Shown: one piece after another, positions 26,334-32,000 of the stretch
Layout: each line of letters opens with the position of its first letter
Position numbering within the stretch: the first letter of the stretch is position 1
The notes under the pieces: model-generated
Told to the model about the DNA's origin: nothing
Database searches by the model: none
Seen by the model: the letters and a program-made list of their open reading frames with translations, nothing else
Source: Haloferax volcanii DS2
GTDB taxonomy: Archaea; Halobacteriota; Halobacteria; Halobacteriales; Haloferacaceae
Assembly: GCF_000025685.1 (NCBI RefSeq)
Contig: NC_013967.1
Coordinates: 2,310,001-2,342,000 of the forward strand
Reading direction: 5' to 3'
DNA length: 32,000 nucleotides
Position numbers and translations under genes: made by a program

Positions 26334-26364
26334 ACCTTCTGCAAGCAGACCTTCTAACTAAACG

Positions 26365-26381
26365 GCTTTGTGAAGTACTGA
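26365..26381. repeat. IS terminal inverted repeat (transposase-proximal end)
   Basis: GCTTTGTGAAGTACTGA lies 31 nt beyond the transposase ATG. Confidence 0.8.
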
Positions 26382-26470
26382 CATTGGACCGTCTCGTTTC
26401 TGCCACGGCGCGAGGTTTCAGTCCATGGTGTAGGGAAAATACGTAATAGGATAAGAACTTCTGTGTATCT

Positions 26471-27436
26471 ATGCGCGCTGTCAGATTCCACGACCACGGC
26501 GGACGCGACGTGCTTCAGGTAGACGACATCAAGACGCCCGAGCCGGCCGCGGGCGAGGTCCTCGTCGAAGTCGCGGCCGCGGGCGTCAACCCCGTGGACA
26601 CGTACTTCCGCGAGGGGTCGTACCAGCCGTTCGCGATGCCGATGATTCCCGGCGTCGACGTGGCCGGAACGGTCGCGGCGGTCGGGACCGACGTGGAGGG
26701 CTTCGCGGAGGGCGACCACGTCGTCGGCACCGGCATCGGCAAGGACCACTACGGCGGCTACGCCGAGTTCGCGGCGGTCCCGACCGACCGGCTCGCAGTC
26801 CTCTCGGACGACGTGGACCTCGTCGCGGCCGGCGGCGCGGGCGTCGCCGGCGTCACCGCGTGGCGCGCCCTCGTCGACCACGGCGGGATGCAACTCGGAG
26901 ACACGGTGCTGATTCACGGCGGCTCCGGCGGCGTCGGCCACGCCGCGGTCCAACTCGCCGCCGCGTCCGGGGCTCGCGTCATCGCCACCGCCGCGCCCGA
27001 CTACCACGACCGCGTGGCCGAACTCGGCGCGGACGTGGTTCTCGACTACGACCGCGACGACCTCGCGGACGCCGTCGTTGCCGCGGCGACTGGCGACGGC
27101 GTGGACCTGACGCTCGACCACCGGCTGGACGACTACCTCCAGTTCGACGCCGACGTGGCCGCCCACGGCGGTCGCGTCGTCGGCATCGGTGAGAACGACC
27201 CCGAAGTCGGCTTCGGCCTGTCGTCGTCGGCCCGGGGGAAGGACCTCTCGCTGACGATGATGAGCATGTTCAACACGCCCGACCTCTCTGCGCCCCTGCG
27301 GGAACTCGCCGGCCAGATGGGCGCGGGCGAGTTCGAAATCGACGTGGCGCGGACCTACGACCTCGACGAGGCCGCCGAGGCCCACCGCGCCGTCATGGAA
27401 GACAGCGTCCTCGGCAAACTGGTCATCACGCCCTGA
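26471..27436 (+). CDS. NADPH:quinone reductase-like, zinc-type alcohol dehydrogenase (MDR) superfamily
   Basis: MRAVRFHDHGGRDVLQVDDIKTPEPAAGEVLVEVAAAGVNPVDTYFREGSY... is present. The nucleotide-binding motif VLIHGGSGGVGHAAVQLA and the C-terminal HRAVMEDSVLGKLVI are also present. Confidence 0.85.
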   Translation: MRAVRFHDHGGRDVLQVDDIKTPEPAAGEVLVEVAAAGVNPVDTYFREGSYQPFAMPMIPGVDVAGTVAAVGTDVEGFAEGDHVVGTGIGKDHYGGYAEFAAVPTDRLAVLSDDVDLVAAGGAGVAGVTAWRALVDHGGMQLGDTVLIHGGSGGVGHAAVQLAAASGARVIATAAPDYHDRVAELGADVVLDYDRDDLADAVVAAATGDGVDLTLDHRLDDYLQFDADVAAHGGRVVGIGENDPEVGFGLSSSARGKDLSLTMMSMFNTPDLSAPLRELAGQMGAGEFEIDVARTYDLDEAAEAHRAVMEDSVLGKLVITP

Positions 27437-27544
27437 CGCGGCCGCCGACGCGGAAAGTGAGGACGCAGCACATCACCGCGCCCGGTCGCCGGCGGGCGCA
27501 CAGCCGCGACCGAATTATGTCCCGTGCGCACGTACCGCACGGAC

Positions 27545-28252
27545 ATGGACGTGACATTCGATTTCGACGGAACCGTCGCTCTCGTGACCGGTGCGAGCGG
27601 CACGCTCGGCGGCGCAATCGCTCGCGCGTTCCACGAGGCGGGCGCGTCGGTCGCGGCCGCGGACGTGGTCGAACCCGACGACGAAGACGACTTTTTCGAG
27701 ACCGAAGGAGTGCGGTTCTACGAGGGCGATTTCACCGACGAGGACGACGTGGCGCGCGTCGTCGACGAGGTCGTCTCCGACTTCGGCCGCCTCGACCACC
27801 TCGCCAACATCGCCGGGACGTGGCGCGGCGGGACGCCCATCGGCGAGACCGACGCCGACACCTTCGACTTCCTGTTCGACGTGAACCTCAAGACGATGTT
27901 CCTCGCGTCGAAACACGCGATTCCGCACCTCCGGGAGACCGAGGGCTCCGTCGTGAGCGTCTCGGCCCGCTCGTCGCTGGAGGGCGGCGAGGGAGACGGC
28001 ATCTACCGTGCCTCGAAAGCGGGCGTCCGTCTACTCACCGAAACCATCGCCGAGGAGAACCGCGGCGACGTGCGCGCGAACGCGGTGATGCCGAGCGTCA
28101 TCGACACGCCGATGAACCGCGAGATGATGGCCGACGCCGACTTCGACTCGTGGGTGAAGCCCGCGGAAATCGCCCGGACCGTCCTCGCGCTCTGTTCGGA
28201 CGCGACGCCCGTGACGAGCGGCGCGGCCGTCCCGGTGTACGGCGAGGCCTGA
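27545..28252 (+). CDS. SDR-family oxidoreductase (short-chain dehydrogenase/reductase)
   Basis: TGASGTLGGAIA (TGxxxGxG), NIAG and the catalytic YRASKAGV (YxxxK) are present. The start was set at ATG 27545 (MDVTFDFDGTVALVTGAS) because AATTAT lies 26 nt upstream. The ORF track starts at GTG 27524. Confidence 0.85.
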   Translation: MDVTFDFDGTVALVTGASGTLGGAIARAFHEAGASVAAADVVEPDDEDDFFETEGVRFYEGDFTDEDDVARVVDEVVSDFGRLDHLANIAGTWRGGTPIGETDADTFDFLFDVNLKTMFLASKHAIPHLRETEGSVVSVSARSSLEGGEGDGIYRASKAGVRLLTETIAEENRGDVRANAVMPSVIDTPMNREMMADADFDSWVKPAEIARTVLALCSDATPVTSGAAVPVYGEA

Positions 28253-28274
28253 CCCGACTCCACCCTCTCTGATT

Positions 28275-28331
28275 CGTGGCGACATTCGCCACGATAAGGG
28301 ATGACATTCGTTTCGGTGCGCACGAATTTTT
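28275..28331 (+). terminator. two hairpins after the SDR gene, the second followed by T5
   Basis: The first hairpin is CGTGGCGA-CAT-TCGCCACG (28275-28293). The second is ATTCGT-(10 nt)-ACGAATTTTT (28306-28331). The octamer GACATTCG occurs in both (28281 and 28303). Confidence 0.5.
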
Positions 28332-28514
28332 ACACGGTACGCAAGTGATTCACGAACACGACACTCGTTAGAAAAATGAGGCTATTCGGGGGGCGAATTC
28401 GGACGAACGAACCATATATGATAGTTGGTTAGAGAATTGTGTCGAATTTTGCTCCGATATGCGACGGCATACCGCGTCATTTATCACACCCACATCGGCA
28501 ACAGGGTGATAGAC

Positions 28515-29852
28515 ATGACCGAACGTGAAACGTGGGCAACCAGGGCAGGGTTCATCGTCGCGGCCGTCGGCAGCGCGGTCGGCCTCGGGAACATCTGGCA
28601 GTTCCCGTTCAAGACCGCCCAGTTCGGCGGTGCCTCCTTCCTGATCGTCTACATCGTCGCGGCGCTCGGCATCGGCCTCCCGGCCATCCTCGCCGAGTTC
28701 GTCATCGGACGCAAAGCCAACCTGAACACCATCAGCGCCTTCGAGAAACTCGGCTACAAGGAGTGGCGCGTCGTCGGCGCTATCGGCCTGTTCACCGGCT
28801 TCTGGATTCTGTCGTACTACAGCGTCGTCGGCGGCTGGGTCCTCCGGTACATCGGCGGCAGTCTGACCGGCGCGTACTTCGCCGCCCCCGCGGAGTACTT
28901 CGGTCAGGTGTCCGCCGGCATGGAGGCGCTCGCGCTCCACGCCGTCTTTATGGCGCTCGTCGTCGGCATCGTCGCCGCCGGCATCGAAGACGGCATCGAG
29001 AAGGCGACGAAGCTCATGGTGCCGAGCATCGTCGTCATCCTCGCCGCGCTCGCCGTCTTCGCCTTCACGCTCCCCGGCGCGTCGGCGGGCTACGCGTACT
29101 TCCTCTCGCCCGACTTCAACGCGCTGTCGGAGAACTTCGCTGAAATCGTCCCCTTCGCCGTCGGGCAGGCGTTCTTCTCGCTGTCGCTCGGCATGGGCGC
29201 GATGATTACCTACGCCTCCTACATCGACGGCGACCAGAGCCTGTTCGGCGACGGCATCACCATCGTCTTCCTGAACAGCTTCGTCGGCATCCTCGCCGGC
29301 CTCGTCGTCCTCCCGCTCCTGTTCGCGCAGGGCATCGACCCCAACACGAGCGGCGCGGGCGCGGTGTTCATCAGCGTCGCCGGCGCGTTCGGTGACATCC
29401 CCGGCGGCCAGATAATCGGCTTCGTCTTCTTCGCGGTCGTGCTCATCGCGGCGCTCTCGTCGGCCATCAGCCTGCTCGAAGTCGTCGTCTCGTGGGCCAT
29501 CGACAACTACGACGTGTCCCGCCCGCAGATGGCCATCGGCCTCGGCGGGACCATCTTCCTGCTCGGCGTCCCGTCGGCTATCGACTCCGCGTGGCTCGGC
29601 TGGTTCGACACGCTCGCCTACCAGCTGCTCCTCCCGCTTTCGGTCCTCGGCATCCTCGTCTTCGCGGCGTGGGTCTACGGCGCGCCCGCCATCGACGAAC
29701 TGATGAAGGGCAGCGGACTCGGAGAGGGCGTCGGGCTGACGTGGCTCTGGCTCGCCCGCACGCTCGTCATCGTCGCCGTCGTGGCGACGCTCGCCCTCGG
29801 CCTCCAGACGCTGTTCCTCGGCGAGAGCCCGGCCATCGTCCCGCCCCTCTGA
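28515..29852 (+). CDS. sodium-dependent transporter, NSS/SNF (neurotransmitter:sodium symporter) family
   Basis: MTERETWATRAGFIVAAVGSAVGLGNIWQFPFKTAQFGGASFLIVYIV...LPAILAEFVIGR is the NSS TM1 signature, and the protein is multi-TM throughout. TTTATC lies 29 nt upstream of the ATG. Confidence 0.88.
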   Translation: MTERETWATRAGFIVAAVGSAVGLGNIWQFPFKTAQFGGASFLIVYIVAALGIGLPAILAEFVIGRKANLNTISAFEKLGYKEWRVVGAIGLFTGFWILSYYSVVGGWVLRYIGGSLTGAYFAAPAEYFGQVSAGMEALALHAVFMALVVGIVAAGIEDGIEKATKLMVPSIVVILAALAVFAFTLPGASAGYAYFLSPDFNALSENFAEIVPFAVGQAFFSLSLGMGAMITYASYIDGDQSLFGDGITIVFLNSFVGILAGLVVLPLLFAQGIDPNTSGAGAVFISVAGAFGDIPGGQIIGFVFFAVVLIAALSSAISLLEVVVSWAIDNYDVSRPQMAIGLGGTIFLLGVPSAIDSAWLGWFDTLAYQLLLPLSVLGILVFAAWVYGAPAIDELMKGSGLGEGVGLTWLWLARTLVIVAVVATLALGLQTLFLGESPAIVPPL

Positions 29853-30024
29853 GGCGGCGAACGCTCCCGCTTTTCGAGCGGTTAGGAATCGTCGGTAGCG
29901 ACGCGTCTTCCTCGACTATTAGACGGCAATTTTCACGCGTAGACCACTCAAAACCGTTAAATTTCTCCGGTGACGTATCATCGGTTCGAAAGCCCTTTTA
30001 CCGGTGGGCTGTCAATGGGTGGCA

Positions 30025-31443
30025 ATGACACGAGAAACATGGGCAACACGGCTCGGGTTCATCCTCGCGGCCGTCGGCAGCGCGGTCGGCCTCGGGAACA
30101 TCTGGCGGTTCCCGTGGCAGACCGCCGAAAACGGCGGCAGCGCGTTCCTCGTCGTATATCTCGGCATCGTCCTCCTCGTCGGCGTTCCCGGACTGCTCGG
30201 CGAGTTCGTCATCGGCCGCCGCGCGAAGAAGTCGCCGGTCGGCGCGCTCCGTGACCTCTCCGGGTCGAAAAAATGGGGTATCGTCGGCGCGTTCTCGGTC
30301 GTCACCGGCATCTCGCTGCTCTCGTTTTACAGCGTCGTCGGCGGGTGGATTATCCGCTATCTCCTCGAAAGCGCGGCCGCGCTCGCCGGCGGCAACCCCG
30401 CGTACTTCACGAATCCGGGGCAGTACTTCGGCGGCGTCTCCGCCGGCGTCGACGCGGCGCTCTACCACCTCCTGTTCCTCGGTTTGACCGCGCTCATCGT
30501 CTTCGCGGGCGTCCGCAAGGGCATCGAACTCGGCACGAAAGTCATGATGCCCGCCGTGCTCGTGCTCCTCGTCGGCCTCGCCGGCTGGGCCGCGACCCAG
30601 CCCAACGCGGCCGCGGGCTACGCCTTCTTCCTCCGATTCGACCCCTCGGTCATCACCGAGAACTTCTTCGCCATTCTCGGTCCCGCCGCCGGACAGGCGC
30701 TGTTTACCCTCTCGCTCGGCGCGGGTACGATGATAACGTACTCCTCGTACCTCCGTGAGGACCGCTCGCTTCCCTTCGACGGGAGCGCCATCGCGGTCCT
30801 CAACACGAGCGTCGGCGTCATCACCGGCCTCGTCGTCTTCCCGCTTCTGTTCTCGCAGGGCATCAACCCGACCGAGACCGGCACCGGGCCGGGCGCGCTG
30901 TTCGTCGGTCTCGCCGGGGCGTTCTCGCAACTCCCCGCGGGGACGCTCATCGCCACCGCGTTCTTCGGCGTCGTGACGCTCGCGGCGCTGTCGAGCTCCA
31001 TCAGCATGCTCGAAATCCCCGTCGCGTTCCTCGTCGACGAGTACGGCGTCTCACGCCGACGCGCCGTTTCCGGGATGACCGCGTTCGTCGCCGTCACCGG
31101 GGGCGTCTGCGCGTTCAACCCGGGCATCTTCGGCTTCGTCGCCGGGCCGCTCGTGAACGTCCTCCTGACCGCCGGCCTCGCGGCGTTCCTCCTGTTCGTC
31201 GGCTGGGTCATGGGCCGCGAGGCGCTCGAAGAGTTCGCCGCCGGCGCGGGCGAGTTCTCGAAGTCCCTCGGCACGCCGTGGCTCTTCGCCGTCGGCGTCG
31301 TCCTCCCGCTGTTCCTCGTCTTCACGCTCCTCACGCACTTCGGCGTGGACACGACCATCGGCTTCTGGCCGACCGTCGGCGTCGCCGTCGTCGCGTCCGC
31401 CGCCGCCTTCTTGGGCCTGCGACAGCCCAACTCAGTCGTCTGA
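30025..31443 (+). CDS. sodium-dependent transporter, NSS/SNF family (tandem paralog)
   Basis: MTRETWATRLGFILAAVGSAVGLGNIWRFPWQTAENGGSAFLVVYL...PGLLGEFVIGRR has the same architecture as the upstream gene. Confidence 0.88.
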   Translation: MTRETWATRLGFILAAVGSAVGLGNIWRFPWQTAENGGSAFLVVYLGIVLLVGVPGLLGEFVIGRRAKKSPVGALRDLSGSKKWGIVGAFSVVTGISLLSFYSVVGGWIIRYLLESAAALAGGNPAYFTNPGQYFGGVSAGVDAALYHLLFLGLTALIVFAGVRKGIELGTKVMMPAVLVLLVGLAGWAATQPNAAAGYAFFLRFDPSVITENFFAILGPAAGQALFTLSLGAGTMITYSSYLREDRSLPFDGSAIAVLNTSVGVITGLVVFPLLFSQGINPTETGTGPGALFVGLAGAFSQLPAGTLIATAFFGVVTLAALSSSISMLEIPVAFLVDEYGVSRRRAVSGMTAFVAVTGGVCAFNPGIFGFVAGPLVNVLLTAGLAAFLLFVGWVMGREALEEFAAGAGEFSKSLGTPWLFAVGVVLPLFLVFTLLTHFGVDTTIGFWPTVGVAVVASAAAFLGLRQPNSVV

Positions 31444-31575
31444 GTGGGGCTCTCCCCGCTGCGTTCGGCGCGCTGACTCGACTCCGACTGCTCTGTTTGC
31501 TCCGTTTTCGACCGACCCGACCGCGGGGAGTACTTCGCGTTCGCGTCGCTAATCATGATGATTGTTCCACCTATT

Positions 31576-31593
31576 CTTCGACAACTGTCGAAG
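31576..31593. promoter_or_regulatory. perfect 8-bp inverted repeat CTTCGACA-AC-TGTCGAAG upstream of the carboxyltransferase gene
   Basis: This is an 18-bp palindrome lying 77 nt upstream of ATG 31670. A second palindrome, AATCAT-G-ATGATT, lies at 31551-31563. Confidence 0.3.
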
Positions 31594-31669
31594 TAAGGGT
31601 TGCCGGATTGCGGAACTCCTTTGACCGAGGACTGCGGACCGTTGCTCCAATGAGCGAAGGTGGTCTGGC

Positions 31670-32000
31670 ATGACGATGGAAGACCGGATCGACGAACTCC
31701 GCGAGAAGCGCGAGGAAGCCCTGAAGGGCGGCGGCGAGGACCGAATCGCCTCGCAGCACGACAAGGGCAAGATGACCGCCCGCGAGCGCATCGACTACTT
31801 CCTCGACGACGGCACCTTCCGGGAGTTCGACCAGTTCCGAACCCACCGCAACCACAAGTTCGGGATGGAGGAGACGAAGCTCCCCGGCGACGGCGTCATC
31901 ACCGGCTACGGCGAGGTCGGCGGCCGAACCGTCTTCGTCTTCGCCCACGACTTCACCGTTTTCGGCGGCTCGCTCGGTGAGGTGTTCGCCGAGAAGGTCT
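31670..32000 (+). CDS. acyl-CoA (propionyl-CoA) carboxylase carboxyltransferase subunit, 5' part (runs off the window)
   Basis: I translated this by hand because it is absent from the ORF track (it has no stop in the window). The sequence is MTMEDRIDELREKREEALKGGGEDRIASQHDKGKMTARERIDYFLDDGTFREFDQF...GDGVITGYGEVGGRTVFVFAHDFTVFGGSLGEVFAEKV. This is a typical PccB/MmdA N-terminus. Confidence 0.85.
   Translation, partial: MTMEDRIDELREKREEALKGGGEDRIASQHDKGKMTARERIDYFLDDGTFREFDQFRTHRNHKFGMEETKLPGDGVITGYGEVGGRTVFVFAHDFTVFGGSLGEVFAEKV

Larger units (their letters stand above)
24982..26381 (-). mobile_element. insertion sequence, 1400 bp, IS4-superfamily DDE type, probably ISH3 family
   Basis: Terminal inverted repeats match at 16 of 17 positions (TCAGTACCTCACAAAGC at 24982-24998; GCTTTGTGAAGTACTGA at 26365-26381). 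They enclose a single 388-aa transposase ORF. GC content is lower than in the flanking core genes. No direct target repeat is visible. Confidence 0.8.

Noticed and set aside
26382-26470. Attempt to continue the truncated ORF (24880) across the IS into the right flank
   Set aside because: The direct continuation gives a basic peptide that overlaps the next gene. Skipping a hypothetical 5-bp TSD gives only 19 more codons (DRLVSATARGFSPWCRENT*). Neither is convincing, so the 3' part is considered missing.
31556-31597. 13-codon micro-ORF ATGATGATTGTTCCACCTATTCTTCGACAACTGTCGAAGTAA
   Set aside because: It is too short, has no supporting signals and coincides with the palindromes. It is more likely regulatory DNA than coding.

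Overview
This window is a GC-rich chromosomal segment from a haloarchaeon. The evidence is acidic proteins, TATA boxes 22-28 nt upstream of start codons (leaderless-type geometry), and long spurious antisense ORFs. The gene order pilin-pilin-nrdJ-trpGEFD-tRNA resembles what I recall for Haloferax, but that is memory, not a search result.

Content from left to right:
- A five-gene Dpp/Opp-type ABC transporter operon. Three of its four visible membrane/ATPase genes are frame-disrupted.
- An EamA transporter, several small hypothetical genes, an aldo/keto reductase and a DUF1684 protein.
- Two abutting type IV pilin-like genes.
- The class II ribonucleotide reductase gene nrdJ.
- The translationally coupled trpD-trpF-trpE-trpG operon.
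- Two identical tandem tRNA-Val(GAC) genes.
- A DUF2062 protein.
- A methyl-accepting transducer with an abutting CBS-pair gene.
- sucCD.
- A 1.4-kb ISH3-type insertion sequence.
- A quinone-reductase-like gene and an SDR oxidoreductase.
- Two tandem sodium-dependent (NSS/SNF) transporters.
- The 5' end of an acyl-CoA carboxyltransferase gene.

I see no CRISPR array, no rRNA and no recognisable defence or other multi-gene novel system. The window is mostly housekeeping.

The most noteworthy observations are:
- A triple CGATGTAC (TGTACA-core) operator-like motif on the trpDFEG promoter.
- Three independent frame disruptions clustered in the ABC operon, including an 8-bp tandem duplication.
- An IS with no target-site duplication, fused to an orphan gene 5' fragment that keeps its own promoter.
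- Blocks of perfect nucleotide identity inside otherwise synonymously diverged paralog pairs (the pilins and the NSS transporters).
- An inverted tRNA 3'-end-like fragment beside the tRNA pair.
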